This document shows positions 1-13,483 of a stretch of DNA of 64,000 nt, piece by piece. Under the pieces are notes generated by a model. The model was not told the DNA's origin and did not search any database. It was given only the letters and a program-made list of their open reading frames with translations. Made by a program: the position numbers and the translations under genes. Every line of letters begins with the position of its first letter. Within the stretch, counting starts at the first letter, position 1. The DNA is taken from positions 7,812,001 through 7,876,000 of the forward strand of contig OZ024758.1 in assembly GCA_964016885.1 (NCBI GenBank), in the 5' to 3' direction. The DNA comes from Eledone cirrhosa. Its lineage: Eukaryota.

Positions 1-288
1 TGAAAGAGGACAGATAAACATCCATAAGATTATTCTATGATTTTAGAATTTGTTTTTTGCTAACAGTGTTATATGTCCCTCTCTGAATCTGTGTGTGTGT
101 GTAAAGTTGGTGACAGTTCTTTGATATAAACAGAACTGATTGTTAATTGTAGAGACACTTACACATAGTATTGTTAAAGTTTAGTCAAGAAACCTAATAC
201 TCTTTATTCTGGCCTTAAAAACATTGGATTAAGTTGTAATATTTAGTAATGTCAAGGACAGCAACTAACTCATAATTTTACAATAACA

Positions 289-445
289 ATGGTGTAGTAG
301 TTGAGTGTATGTGTGTGTGACGTCGTAACGAGTATTCTCCACCTACAACTACCTTATCCTCCACCTGTTGGCCCAACAGGATGGAGAATATATGGCCCTG
401 GAGGACGGCACTTATTAGGACGTCACACACTCTCAACCACACTGT
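289..445. mobile_element. Small inverted-repeat (MITE-like) element
   Basis: Imperfect terminal inverted repeats (ttgag..gtgtgtgacgtc / gacgtcacacac..ctcaa) and an internal hairpin cctgttg-gcc-caacagg. Single copy in the window. Confidence 0.3.
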
Positions 446-1370
446 TTATTTACTTATGAAAGGTTCTTACATGAAATTATATAGAACCATGAGCTCAGTT
501 CTTTATATATCTATAACAAATCTCACTCTAGTGGCCTGTTGACCGTTTTACGCTAGCATGGGTTAGACGGGTTGTCCTGTTGTGGGCAAACTATTAAGGT
601 CATTAATATTTATTAAGCACTATTCCAAAGATTCACCCCAACTTCTTTCCATAACATGTAACTGGTAAATTATAACACACATAACCCTATCAGTGAAGCC
701 CATTAGTATAGGTAAACTAACAGAAAATTGTATTACGGTTACTAAAAAAATTCTAAATAAGTCTACAAGATAAAATTAAAAAATGGTCAAAGCGAGCCAC
801 TCTCACTGTGGCCTGTGCGCTGCCTGTTGCACGTCCATGGTTTAGATTGTCTAAAATAAACAAAGATTTTTTAAGTCATCCATGTAAACATAGAAAAATG
901 GACGTAAAAACAATAACATTTATTTAAAACCATCTTACATTATTATTGGCTTGCACTTTATCAGATTGAAACCAAAAGATATACATTCAATGGATTTTAA
1001 TCAATTTTATTAATGGCAAATACTTTCTTAGTGTATTTAATCCTTTAGTTACCATTCCGACCAAAACTGACTCTGGTTCTGTGAAACAAAACCTCCAATT
1101 TTAAAGGTTTCCAATGTAAATAAAAATCTTCCAACATAATTACAGAGGAGTAATCTGATGCAGAAAGAAATTCACAAGAACCGAGATTGTGAAAGTTAGA
1201 ATTCGTAGCAACTTTGAAGGTTTTAAATACATGTTGTCCAATACTAGAAAGGGCAAGGTATGACACTTGCTAGTAGGGACAGAAGAGTGTAAATGATGAT
1301 GATGATGATGACGAAATTGTTGTTTTTCCACAAATTGTCTATTATCATTTAGAAAATTTTTGATTTTACG

Positions 1371-1660
1371 GGCAAAACCAGCCTGCAGGAAACCCAGGAG
1401 TAGACCCTGAGCAAGATGGTTGGATAACATCTATAGGAAACCCAGGAGTAGACCCTGAGCAAGATGGTTGGATAACATCTATAGGAAACCCAGGAGTAGA
1501 CCCTGAGCAAGATGGTTGGATAACATCTATGAGCTTGGCTTGTCTTTGCTTGAACATCTAACTGAATCAGTTGGAGACGGTGGCTTCTGACAGGACCTGT
1601 TGGCAGGAGTGTTTGAGGACTCTGCCACCCACGACCCTCTCAGGAATAAGTGGGTGAATA
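1371..1660 (+). mobile_element. RTE-clade (Rex3/Expander-like) LINE 3' fragment
   Basis: Degenerate translation resembles GRxPRGRPxARWLDNI...QLETVASDRxxWxExLRTLPP, the C-terminus of RTE ORFs. Homologous copies near 7848, 35660, 36705, 40066 and 56215. Confidence 0.7.
1387..1530 (+). repeat. Perfect 48-bp tandem triplication inside the RTE fragment
   Basis: aggaaacccaggagtagaccctgagcaagatggttggataacatctat x3. Confidence 0.95.
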
Positions 1661-2334
1661 AAAAGAGTTAAAATTCTACAAGAAACTTTGCCTTAGATTT
1701 GCAACCAGCAGCTAAATATAGCCATTGATAATTTTCTTGTCTTTTACAAACAATTTTGTGTTCTCTCTTTCTCTCTCTCCCTCACACACACACACACACA
1801 CATGTAAATGGAATGACTTCAATTTTTAAAGAAAAGAAATTATTCTTATAATAGAGTTATATCTCTTGTCTTCATGTCATTGACACCTGCCATTATGAAA
1901 AATTGATGAAGAGCTGTGCATTGAAGCCAAATGCAGTATGTATCTTAATAAAATTTTAATTTCCTGTACTTTTTTTTTCACTTTTTATAATATATATAGT
2001 AGAATCAAAAGTTACCAATAACTGCCAGATGCAACTTATTGAAAAAAGAAAAAAAAACCAGACTGGTTCTGTCACTGTAGTTGAACTGTTTATTTTTTTT
2101 ATTATGAAGAAGCAGGGGAGATGTATAGTTAACTCTTAACAAATATTAAACTGTCTCATTTTTTTACCACTATTTGTATTACTTTTCATATCCCACCTTC
2201 ATAGACATTTATTTTTCATCTATTTGAGGTCAATAAGTACCAGCTAAATACTAGGGATGATTTGATTCACTATACTCCCCCAACCTCACAAGTTAAGACT
2301 GCAATTTCTTATGCAGTTTCTTAATTGAAAACCC

Positions 2335-2872
2335 CCCAGTCCACACTGTAAAGTGGTCGTGTTGGTGAGATGGTACAAAGCGCCCAATCCAGTCCACACT
2401 GTAAAGTGGTCGTGTTGGTGACATGAGAAAAAGCGCCTAGTCCAGTCCACACTGTAAAGTGGTCGTGTTGGTGACATGACAAAAAGCACCCAGTCCACAC
2501 TGTAAAGTGGTCGTGTTGGTGACATGACAAAAAGCACCCAGTACACACTGTAAAGTGGTCATGTTGGTGACACAACAAAAAGAACCCAGTCCAGTCTACA
2601 CTGTAAAGTGGTCATGTTGGTGACATGGCAAAAAGCGCCTAGCCCAGTCTACAGTCTACACTGTAAAGTGGTCGTGTTGGGGACACGACAAAAAGCACCC
2701 AGTACACACTGTAAATGCGGTTGGCGTTAGGAAGAGCATCAAGCTGTAGAAACCAAGCCAAAATCAGTCTGTATGAGTAAGACATGGAGACCTGATCTGG
2801 CTTGTCTCACAATGGGACAACTTGTTTAATCCATGTTAGCATGAAAAAAATGAACATTAAACGGTGATGATT
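2335..2872 (+). mobile_element. RTE-tailed SINE-like element with internal ~48-bp minisatellite (2335-2715, ~7-8 units)
   Basis: Unit ccagtccacactgtaaagtggtcgtgttggtgacatgacaaaaagcac, followed by the family tail gttaggaagagcatc...aacattaaacggtgatga. Confidence 0.8.
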
Positions 2873-3810
2873 ATCATGTTCAGTTAGCACAAATGACATT
2901 AGTTAAAGGTGCTGAAATCCAACCAAAGTTAACCTGACCTTTTATTACTGAGAGCTAAATAAAATAATAGGACACATGGTCTGTAATAAATACTAACTCA
3001 TTGTTATGATGATCGTAACCCCTTTTATGTATTTCATCTTTTGTCACTAAAAAGATAAGAAAAAAGACTTACTGCTACAAAGTTATTTGCTGGTTATGTC
3101 AGTGAAATGGTAGTTTGTCTCTTTGAAACGTTTTCAAGACCTTTCACAAAGTATTCTGGCAGAAGAAAGGATGGCAGTCTTTTGTAATTCTGCTTACGTA
3201 GGCTGTCAATGTTTGCATTTCCGATCTTTCAGTTGTTTGTTTTGGTATCATGTTTACCTACTTTTCATACTAACCTATATTACATCATGTTATATTGTTT
3301 GCCTATCATTTTAACTACATTTACTTACTTTCATCTACTTTGCTATGCATTCAACACATACTAACATGCTGATTTTTGTCATTTTTTAGCTGACAACTTC
3401 AATTCAAATTGCTTGTTCTTCTGCAACCATGTTCTGTTATGCTCTTTAATTCTCTACCTGTCAGCTAAGCCAATAATTCTTTTCCAGCTTTGTTTTTGGT
3501 TTGTTTGACAAATTGCTAATGCAACACTTTATAGTTTTTCATCTCCAGAGTCTTCTTTTATTTCCTACGTTATGTCTTCTTTGTTCATCTTCTTCCATAC
3601 AGACAATTCTCTTCACGTTTCTCCAACATAATTTTATATTACTCTTATATGTCCAATTTAACTTCTCTACTCTCACATAGTCTTCTGTCCTTCCCTTCTT
3701 TTCTTGGTTTATACAAGGTTTGACAAAAAAGTATCTACCCTTAAGCTGAAATGAAAAATATACCCTATACATTCATGTAAAAGTTAAATTTTTTAGACTA
3801 TTTTTTAAGG

Positions 3811-4234
3811 TTAACCCTTTAGCATTTGCATTACTCTATATTTACTATTGAGGGTGGTGGATTGGCAGTATCGGTAGAGGGTCGGACGCCATGCTTTCCA
3901 GCATAGTTACGTCCCTTTACGATCTGAGTTCAGATCCCGCCGAGGTTGACTTTGCCTTTCATCCTTACGGGGTCGATAAAATAAAGTACCAGTAATGCAC
4001 TGGGTAATTGCTGGCCTTGTGCCTAAAGTAGAAACAATTACTCTATATTTACTATTATATTTTCATTGTAAAGGCTTTATCTTACATAATTATCTTACAA
4101 AATATTGAATCTATGAGATTTTGATGGAATTTATTTTGAGAATAATACCATAAAGTCAGTATGAGTGGCCAGTTTGAACAAACAGGTGAGAGAATTATCG
4201 CTGGATACGGCCAGTTTAAATGTTAAAAGGTTAA
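3811..4234. mobile_element. piggyBac-like MITE (TTAA target) carrying a nested SINE
   Basis: TTAA-CCCTTTAGCATTT ... AAATGTTAAAAGG-TTAA; internal sequence shared with about 8 other copies. Confidence 0.8.
3851..4037 (+). mobile_element. tRNA-derived SINE, family A (Meta/MESC-like central domain)
   Basis: A-box-like tggcagtatcgg, B-box-like gagttcagatccc, core gactttgcctttcatccttacggggtcgataaaataaagtaccag; 19-bp target-site duplication ttactctatatttactatt (3831-3849 / 4038-4056). Confidence 0.85.
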
Positions 4235-6521
4235 ATTTATGGACTCAACTATTACATGGATACTACTTTTAAGGGGCTGAATCTAAAAATATAAAAGTTG
4301 CAAGCTTGCAGCACATTTTATGCATACATTTATATACTTGATTATGTTCAGAGAAATTGTTTGAGAACCGATTTATTCATGATGAAAACTATTTGTGAAC
4401 CGAGGTTCCACTGTATATGATTTTCTTCACTAATTTCATTGCCTTCATTATTATAAGATTGATTTCTTAACACTTCATTATTTTATCTCTCTTTAATACA
4501 AGCTTGGCACACTTAATCACTATTGAACTGGAAATCAATATTTCTTGAAATTCTTATGGATTTGAGAGAGAAAAAAAATGAAATTTACAGCTCACAACTA
4601 TGAAAGTTTAGTTGGCTGCATCTCATTAGAGGTTTCTTGGGGTTTTTAATGGTAGGGGCCTTAGTTCTGTTATGAAAAGCAATATGAAATAAAGTATCTT
4701 GCTGAAGAACTCAACACACCACCCTTGTCCAGAAATTGAACCCACAACCTTATGATAATGAATCCAACACTTTAACCTCTAGGCCATAGATCTTTATTTT
4801 TTATTTTAATACACATACAAGTATATTTACACACAGTTGCCAAATATGTTTATATAGTGCATAGTAGGTGTAACAATTGCAGCTGTAATAATTGCAGCAG
4901 TATAAAGGAATTCTTATCATCATGTATTATGAATTTCACTAAGTTTAATGAATTCAAAACATGGTGGCATGTAACATGTTCGTTGATCCATTTGTAATCA
5001 GTTTCACTGAAATAATATACAACTGCTTCTATAACAACAATGGTAAGTTACCTATAAGTATTGATATAGGCACATTTCAGGAAATAGAAATACTCAGATC
5101 ATTAAATGTTATGATAAGCTAGATCAATGTAATTCGTTAGCTTTTCACATTGATTTTCTATGATGTTGATAATTGCTATGTCCATTAATGCAAAGATCCT
5201 CATAGAAACAGCAGCTGAATTTTTCACATATCTCACCTTACTGCCTTCAAAAAAATTACAAGTATGGGTTCACATTGAATTAATTACAGTGATAAGAAAG
5301 ACTGTATCTCTCGGAGAGAGTTAAGATTTAATTAGATTTGTAATTTATTGTTTTAATGTTGATATTAGTTAATAAAAAAAACGACGAAAGGGAGGAAAAG
5401 GGCAAGGATTGTTAAGCAATATAAGATTAAATGAAAGAAAAAGGAAAACCCAGTAAATGAGACGTGACAATTGTATTCTGAATGTTTTAGAATGTTTTGT
5501 ATTTTAGAACACTCTTCAACTGTCTGTATGTTTCATATTTCTCTTACTCTCAATCGATTAGAATTTTCAGTTTTTCTAGATCTCTTATGAATCCTCCTTA
5601 TTTTACCTAGAGTTATTATAGGATCCAGAAGGCTTTTGTTTGTGATTTATTCTGGAATAGATTTGGATCTCTACCAAATTTTGTGATGATTTAATGAGGA
5701 ACGGTATAGTAGTACGATTTTGTTTAATTAAAAAATCGTAATCCCATGGAAACTTGGTCTTTTTTTAATTATTAGTCTTGGAGATAATGAGGAAGTCTAC
5801 TTCCAGTTCTCCTAAGAACATTTATCTTAAAAATTCATTAGGCGCTAAGAAATTAAATACTTAGAATATTAAATTAACCGATATTTTAGTGCCGTTCTAA
5901 ATACTTATTGGGGAAACTGTTGCTAGTCCTATTGACAGGCAGAAATTTATAAGAATCAATTCTTCAGCTTTGAAGTTAAAAAGACAGGTTTTATTATAAT
6001 CATGCCTAAATGAAGTTATGAAAGCTTAAAAAGTTATTAGAATATGGGCTAATTTCAGAATACAGAAATAATAATATACAACATTTTTTCTTAATTAGAA
6101 GTAATTTGGCAAACATGATCAATTATTATTGGAGAGGAAAACATAGTTAACCCTTTCAGTGCCATATTTCTAATGTATTTCATGATTTTTAAATAATTTA
6201 GAAAATAATGAAAAATTTAAAGGAATTTTGTGTTTAACATTATCTTCCTAATGTATTTAAAATTCTCATTTTTTATTATGTGTTTGAAGCATAACTTAAT
6301 AAAGGTTCTGACATTATAACGGAAGGTTTTTAGATAATTATAAACATTTTAAAACAAAGAGTTTTATGTAAGCATTAATTGAAAAGGTTTGAAGTGATGA
6401 GTGTATATGAATTTTCATAAAATTGTAGAATTCTGTGTGTGATGTGTGAAGAGTCAGGAAAAGATACAACCACATATTGATTGGAGGAATGGAGAGAGGG
6501 AGAGAAAGGAAGAAAGAGAGT

Positions 6522-7047
6522 TTAACCCTTCAGCATTTATTGTATTTCCTGGCACCGGAGACGCTTCGTCCTCGAGGACGCACCTTAATTTTGGCAGCCA
6601 AAAATTTTTTTAAAAAAATAATAAACAACCTTCAGCCTCCAGGGCTCATGGTAGATTTTTGAGACTTATTTTAGGAAAAAAGTAGCGTCTTCGACACTGG
6701 GAAATGCGGTACATTACTCTAGATTTACTATTGTATTTTCATGGTAAACACTTTATCACACATAATATCAAAGCTATCAGATTTTGATATTATTTATTTT
6801 GAGAACAATACCTTAACATCAGTATGAGCGGCCGGTTACAGCCAGTTCTTCATCATCATCTTCATCACCGGCTATATTTGGCCAGAATTCTCTCGCCTCA
6901 TCCTGTTCAAACTGGCTGTAACCGGCCGCTCATACTGATGTTAAGGTATTGTTCTCAAAATAAATAATATCAAAATCTCATAGCTTGAACAGAAAGAGGA
7001 GAGAGAATTCTGGCCAAATATGGCCGGTTTAAATGATAAAAGGTTAA
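6522..7047. mobile_element. piggyBac-like MITE with nested pogo-like insertion and internal inverted duplication
   Basis: TTAA-CCCTTCAGCATT ... ATGATAAAAGG-TTAA; about 6780-6846 is inverted at about 6913-6978. Confidence 0.75.
6540..6709. mobile_element. pogo/Tc2-like non-autonomous DNA transposon
   Basis: TA duplication inside the MITE; homologous to 43496-43663. Confidence 0.75.
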
Positions 7048-7239
7048 AGCATGAAATGAGAAATGAGAGCGGTATAGAGAGAGAAGAGAAAAGCAGGAAT
7101 TAGATCTGTGGAGCAGAACTTTTGGAGAATTGCGAAAAATAATGGAGAACGGATGAAGAAAGTAAACTAACAAGAAAAACAGTTTTTTATCATAGAACCA
7201 GTGAACAATAATATTAGTTACATATTCATTGTGTTACAA

Positions 7240-7511
7240 TTAACCCTTCAGCATTTAAATCAGCCATATCCGGCCAGAATTCTCTCACCTTTTTCTGTTC
7301 AAACTGGCTGTAACTGGCCACTGATACTGATGTTAAGGTATTTTTCTCAAAATAAATAATATCAAAATCTCAAAGATTCAATAATATTAGTAATATTGGG
7401 GTTAGAATGTCTCAGGAGAGAATCGCAGGACAGATTTTATGGCCCCCCCCCCCCCCCCAAAAAAAAGAATACAATACTAAATATAGAATAATGTAATCGC
7501 TAAAGACTTAA
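7240..7511. mobile_element. piggyBac-like MITE interrupted by a short RTE piece and poly-C
   Basis: TTAA-CCCTTCAGCATTTA start; degenerate opposite end at 7468-7511. Confidence 0.6.
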
Positions 7512-7847
7512 AGAAATTTTAAAAACTAATCAAATATGCCATCTTTCCACGAGGAAGGTCAGCAAGTTAAGTGGCTTGAAGTAGATCCAATCCAGGGCCT
7601 TCTCGCTCATGTTGGAAAACCCCTCCCTAGTTAACCTCTACCGTTTTTCGTTTTGGTCATGTCTTCAGGGGTGTAGCCATACTCACCATGCTTGGCCAAT
7701 TGCGGGTTGGTGAGGCCATTTACCCCATAGTTGGAGTAAATAGCCGTTGATGCTGAGGAGTTCATCTGCCCCTTAACAGCTCTTGTATTTTGTGCTGCTA
7801 GGAGAGCCAGTTTAGTCACCAACCTCACATAATATTAGTAATATTGG

Positions 7848-8063
7848 GGTTAGAATGTCTCGGGGAAAGAATCGCAGGACAGATCTTATGGGCAAAACCA
7901 ACTGACAGGAGACCCAGTGGTAGACCCTGAGCAAGATGGTTGGATAACCTCCATGAGCTCAGCTGGACTCAATTGGAGATCCAACCAGATCAATTAGTGT
8001 AGTGATGGTTGCTTCTGACAGGAGCCACTAGCAGGAAAATTTAAGGACTCTTCCCCCACAAGA
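7848..8063 (+). mobile_element. RTE-clade (Rex3/Expander-like) LINE 3' fragment
   Basis: Frameshifted translation VRMS..RIAGQILWAKPTDRRPSGRP*ARWLDN; homologous to 1371-1660. Confidence 0.7.
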
Positions 8064-8164
8064 AGTTGTTTTATATGATAGAAACAGAGGTACTTTCAGG
8101 CAGTTTAGTATCAAAAGGCTTAAGATGTAGAGAAAATCGGAATTCTTTAATAGCAATGATAACC

Positions 8165-8501
8165 ATGTTGCCAACAACAACCCTGAGTACCTTTTTGATT
8201 TCCATGTGTCTAACACACGTGGACATGCCCACAAAGTAAGAAAACAGCACAGTTCCCATGACTTTCGGAAACATTTTTTCACGCTCAGAGTTGTTGAAGC
8301 ATGGAACAAACTACCTGCATCAGTTGTTAGCTGTCGAGACACTGCATCCTTTAAGGCCTCCATGCTTCCCGAGATCCACCAACACTACAGCTAACACATA
8401 CACACATGTATTTCCCTGACATTTGTGTATTATTCTATGTGCTATACATACACCTTTGACGAGTTGTAGTGCACCTGAGCACTTTACACAATAATTTCAT
8501 T
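8165..8501 (+). mobile_element. CR1-group LINE 3' end (ORF2 C-terminus plus 3' UTR)
   Basis: ORF 8206-8394 reads TRGHAHK...RKHFFTLRVVEAWNKLPASVV...SFK, the canonical CR1 ORF2 C-terminal motif; 3' hairpin gtgc-acctga-gcac and short tail. Confidence 0.85.
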
Positions 8502-9268
8502 AGTATATAATATTTTGATGTGTGTATGATATAAATGTATAACCTACTGTGAATGTAGACATTTTCTTTTTACAGTATGATGTAAATAGTGTGTGATGTG
8601 AAATGGAGTAGCTTTCGAAAAAATATTCAACATCCAAAGAATGTTGTCTTCGTGTGTATTGTGTGGGTATATGATGAGATAAATTATAAAGTAAATTAGT
8701 AAAGGAATGATGATGATGATGATGATGATGAATATATCAATTTAAACAAAAACAAATTTATCTTTCGCTTCGAGATAATGAAACGATGGAAATTAAATAT
8801 ATAAATATTGTTAGAAAACAAATTTAATTATCCAAAATGTATCAATAATATATAAAATACGATCAGTTGGTTAGCTATTAATCTTGTAAATATTTATGAT
8901 TTTGAGTTCAGGGAATAGAGCTTCGATATATATTTTCTTTCTGTACAGATTACATCCTCATTCGAATGACTTGTGTTAGTTTGCAAATTGTCTACACTTG
9001 ACAGATCGATCAGAATGAGTCATACATATTATTGCATGCTTGATTGATTAGATTAAAACAATTAATTAAATCTGCCATATAATGCCAAACTGAATGCTTT
9101 CAGTAATAAAGATAGATACATTCTACAGTAGTTGGAAAATATCTATTCAAATGTTTATTCTATGTATTGGAAATAATTTCCATTCACTCTTTAACCTAAT
9201 TGCCTGAAACTGACCCTGCTTCTATGATATGTAGCTGTTTGGCAGAAAGCATTTGTATTTATCTAAAA

Positions 9269-9560
9269 CAGACATGGGCAACCTTTTTTGAGAAGCGGGC
9301 CACATGAGATATGGCTCATCATCAGGTGGGCCACAAGCGCTAATTTACATTTGTGCCCACATTAAAAAAAAAGGGCGGGAACTCAGGTTGTTTCGTTTTG
9401 TTTCTTCAGAATTCGTACATGTTATTTTCCTCGATCATAAAAATGATAGAAAGATAAATTACGACTGAAAAGTTGGGGTAAAAAAATCAGAAAGATTTCA
9501 CTTACATGACTTAGGCGAGCCGTTCAGAAAGCTTTGCGGACCGCAGGTTGCCCATAACTG
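9269..9560. mobile_element. hAT (Charlie-like) MITE
   Basis: TIRs cagacatgggcaacct / aggttgcccataactg; 8-bp TSD atctaaaa / gtctaaaa. Confidence 0.8.
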
Positions 9561-9721
9561 GTCTAAAAACTTATAATTTCATGTAAGAATTATTGTAATT
9601 AATGAGAAAGTTAGTTATTGATAAATCACTGTAAATTCTTAGCAATGGAACTTCTCTGCTGTTAAGACGACCCTGCACACACACACGCACACATATGTAA
9701 TAATTTATCACTTCAATTGAG

Positions 9722-9938
9722 TCATCATCATTTTACATTCATTATTCCACGCTGGCATGGGTTGGACAGGTCCTTTTCAGTACAGCATCTCTTTCCACTT
9801 GTCATATTCCTTTGTCATCTCCTCCGTGAGTTTCGGCAATCTGAGTTCAGTTCTCACCACTTTCATCCAGATCTCCCTTGGTCTTCTTCTACTGCAGCTT
9901 CCTTTAACTGGGATTACTTGGCATTTCAGCCATGTGTA
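9722..9938 (-). mobile_element. RTE LINE 3' end
   Basis: ORF ...VKGSCSRRRPREIWMKVVRTELRLPKLTEEMTKEYDKWK (RGRPRKTW-like motif) followed by an (ATG)n tail; homolog of 22575-22731. Confidence 0.75.
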
Positions 9939-10512
9939 ATTGGCCAAGCATGGTGAGTACATTTTACACCCTCGACATGACCTACACCAAACAGAAAGTG
10001 GTGGAGGCTAACCAGGAAGGGGTTCCTCCAACAGGAATGGGAAAGCCCTGGATTGGATTGGATTGCATTGGCTATATTTTGATAGTTATTAGAATTTTAA
10101 AAGACTAAAAGTTATAAAGGCAAATGTGATACCAATTCCTATTTATAATCTGAGAAATTAAGTTAGGTTGTTGTCCTCGTCATTCTATTTCTATATCAAT
10201 TCATTTACAGATTATTTTTAGATTATTTAAACCAGTTCTTAATGCAGGAGGAGTTAATTTATAATTTTATTCAGACATGGAGAAGATGTTAATAGTTATC
10301 AATCAATTTTAGTTGATAGAAATGGAATTCTGATCTGTTCAACTGATGGTGAATCAACCAATCACTAACAACTATACACACAGATATACAAGACATTCAT
10401 AACTGATTTTGAAGGTTTGTCACATGATATGATCTTCAATTTTAATATTTAATGAAAATATTTTTATCATGCATTGACTTCTTTCTTTTAAGTTGATTAT
10501 TAATAAAGTAAA

Positions 10513-10770
10513 GTGAAGGCGTATAGCCTACAGGTAAGTGTGTTGGACTTACGATCATAATGTTGTTGGTTCAATTCCTGAAATTGGACTGTGTGTTGTG
10601 TTCTTGAGCAAAACACTTAATTTCTCGTTGCTTGAGTATATTCAGTAGCTGGGGGTTTAACCTTGTGATGGACTAGCGTCCTGTCAGGGGGGTTGTACTC
10701 TATCACTTCACGCCACAGAAACCGGAATAAGCACCTGCCTGATGAGGCTCTGTGTTTGAGTTAGACTTTA
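10513..10770 (+). mobile_element. tRNA-derived CORE-type SINE, family B (tail type 1)
   Basis: tRNA-like head with B box ggttcaattcc; CORE-like tgtgttcttgagcaaaacacttaatttc; tail shared with 15115-15373, 55183-55400 and 60421-60930. Confidence 0.75.
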
Positions 10771-10924
10771 GACTAATACAGTAAATTTTCTTTGTTAACC
10801 ATGTGAAGATGATTTGGTATGGTATATATCACTTTTTCTACAAGACTGTGACATAATGCAAAGAAACAATGGAAACTCTGCAGAACAGAATGTTTTCAGT
10901 TCAAACTCATCTAGATGTTATGTA

Positions 10925-11118
10925 CAAAGGTAGGCTGAAGGTTCCTCCTCAGCCTATGAAGGAGTGATGCTAGAGCTGTGAAATCTAGCTTGCATTAATT
11001 TCAACTCTTCTTAATAACTGCATTGTTTCTGTCCAGGGACTATATTGAAAAATAAACCTCATTTGGTCATTCCATGAGAGTATCTTGGTCAGCCTATGAA
11101 CTATCCAGCCAACCCTCG
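10925..11118. mobile_element. Tc1/mariner-like MITE
   Basis: TA flanks; degenerate TIRs; homologous to 53440-53638. Confidence 0.7.
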
Positions 11119-12278
11119 TATGTGTGTTGGAATAAGATAGAAAATACTTCAGCATTTATATGTTGCTAACCATCTAATAAGTACAAGCGCAGCCTAGCAA
11201 CCTATATAAGAGCACTACTTATACATCTTGATAGTGCTATTACAAACACCAATATCTTATCCCGCCACCCACATAACCCCCACCCTGAAAAAAAAAAGCC
11301 ATTTTACTAATTGCTAAAAAGTTACTTGATAAAACCTCTTGCTTACAGCTTTTCTTTATCCTCTCCCTGTATATTCTATCCTGACTATATTTGCTTGTCT
11401 GCTTTGCTGAACTGGCAAATTGTATGTCACCTTTGCTAAAGCTTTCCTCATAAATCTTCCTCTCTTAATCTTTACTTTTTTCTAACTACCAAATTCATCA
11501 CCAAACATTACCCAATCCTTTTTATCCAGAACACATTCCCTGCTATTTTCTTTCCATGCATCAGTCCATACAAGTTCAAGCTAAAATTTACTGTATTGAC
11601 CTCATCTTAGAGAGAGAGTGAGAGCCTTTAATAGTTGTGGACACATCTCAACTCATTTAACTAAATAAATAAAATACCTGAAGATAATTGTAGAAAAACT
11701 ATTGATTGGAATGTACAGTAGAAGATGAAAGTGAGGTGTGAGGCTAAAATGTCTGGAAACTTGGAATAACTCATCTTAAAAGTAAAGATACTTTAGTACA
11801 AGAAGATGCTAGTTGGTTGTCTTTGAAGAATAATAAAGATAAATATTTAGGAGTGGGGGAAGCAAGATTAGTAACTTTTTCTTGGAGTAATGCAATTTAA
11901 AAATAAAAACTATTTCATTGAGTTAAATGTATCGTGCGAATAGGAGGATATCCTAGTGGTTAGGATGTTGGACTTACAATCTTAAGGTTGTGGGTTTAAT
12001 TTTTGCACTGGGTAGTGTGTTCTGTTCTTAAGCAAGATCTTCATTTTACATTGCTTTTCATGATAGGATCAGGGTCCTCTATCATTAAAACAACTGAGAA
12101 ACTGTCTATGATATGAAATACACAGTCTATTATTTCCAAGTAATTTTGAAAATAATCCAAAATTTGGAGGGATTTTGTAACATAACTGTTTCATTTTTTA
12201 TCTGTGTTGTTTGGAGCTTGACTTAACAATGGTACCCATAGAATTATGATAGAAGGTTTTTAAATAAACATAATCACT

Positions 12279-12505
12279 TTAACCCTTTAGCATTTCCATT
12301 GCTCAATATATGTTATTATATTTTCGCAGTAAAGGCTTTACCTCACATAATTATCAAATAATATCGAATCTACAAGATTTTGATATTATTTATTTTAAGA
12401 ACAATACCTTAACATAAGTATGAGTGGCCTGTTATGGCCAGTTTGAACAGAAAGAGCTGAGAGAATTTTAGCCGGATATAGCCAGTTTAACTGCTAAAGT
12501 GTTAA
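12279..12505. mobile_element. piggyBac-like MITE
   Basis: TTAA-CCCTTTAGCA ... TGCTAAAGTG-TTAA. Confidence 0.8.
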
Positions 12506-12957
12506 AACAAGCAGCTTTGTAAAGGAAGGCATCCAGCTGTAGAAATCAAGCCAGAATCAGTTCCCGTCCCACCCTTGCAAGCAAGGAAAAGCGAACGTAA
12601 AATGATGATGATGATGATGATGCATAAATAGGATTTATTTGCTTTTCAACTTAGAATATTGAAAAATAAAGTTAAATGTTCTGCCACATTTTGAACAGGT
12701 TTCAATTGTTGCAGTTTACTCCATTTTATGTCTAACTAATGATATGAATTCCTCAAATCTCTCTCTAAATATAAACCTGAACATTTAAAGAACTTTTAAT
12801 GATTGTTACATTGCTCTGCGGATTATAGATATTTCTGTAATTGGTAATGTGGCTGATACCTTTCTTTTTACATAGTAAATCATCATCAAAGATGGAATAT
12901 TTTTACAATTTTACTTTCGAGTAGTTATGAATGTCTGTATTTGGTAACAAAAAAAAT

Positions 12958-13115
12958 GATGTATGTATATATATGTATATATATATGTATGTATATATGT
13001 ATATATATATGTATGTATATATGTATATATATATGTATGTATATATGTATGTATATGTATGTATATATATATATGTATATGTATGTATATATGTATGTGT
13101 GTATATATGTATATG

Positions 13116-13174
<59 letters not shown>

Positions 13175-13188
13175 ACATATATATATAA
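12958..13188. repeat. Compound (TA)n/(TATG)n microsatellite
   Basis: Direct inspection; explains the YI/YM ORFs. Confidence 0.95.
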
Positions 13189-13483
13189 TCATTAAAAGGT
13201 TTCAAGTTACGGCAGTAATTTAGAATTTGTGGAATAAATATCAAAAGTAATTGTGTGTATGTAAGTATAAATATATATATAAACCAGCCAGAAACTCCCC
13301 TATATGAGCAAGACATGGTCACCCGACCCAACTTACCTCTAATTGGAGCAAACCCATCTAACCCATGCTAGTGTGGAAGATAAACGTTAATCGACGATTA
13401 TGATGATATCTATGTATACATATAAATATATATATGTGTATATTATTGTCATTTAACATCTGTTTTCTTTGGTAGCAAGTATA

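Noticed and set aside
7631-7828. 65-aa minus-strand ORF as a host exon
   Set aside because: Overlaps a repeat with a frame-disrupted homolog at 9938-10060; no recognisable domain.
10717-10760. Permuted hammerhead in the SINE tail (gaaaccgg...cctgatgagg)
   Set aside because: Only one possible helix between GAAA and CTGATGA, no U-H site, and the motif is not conserved in the other copies.
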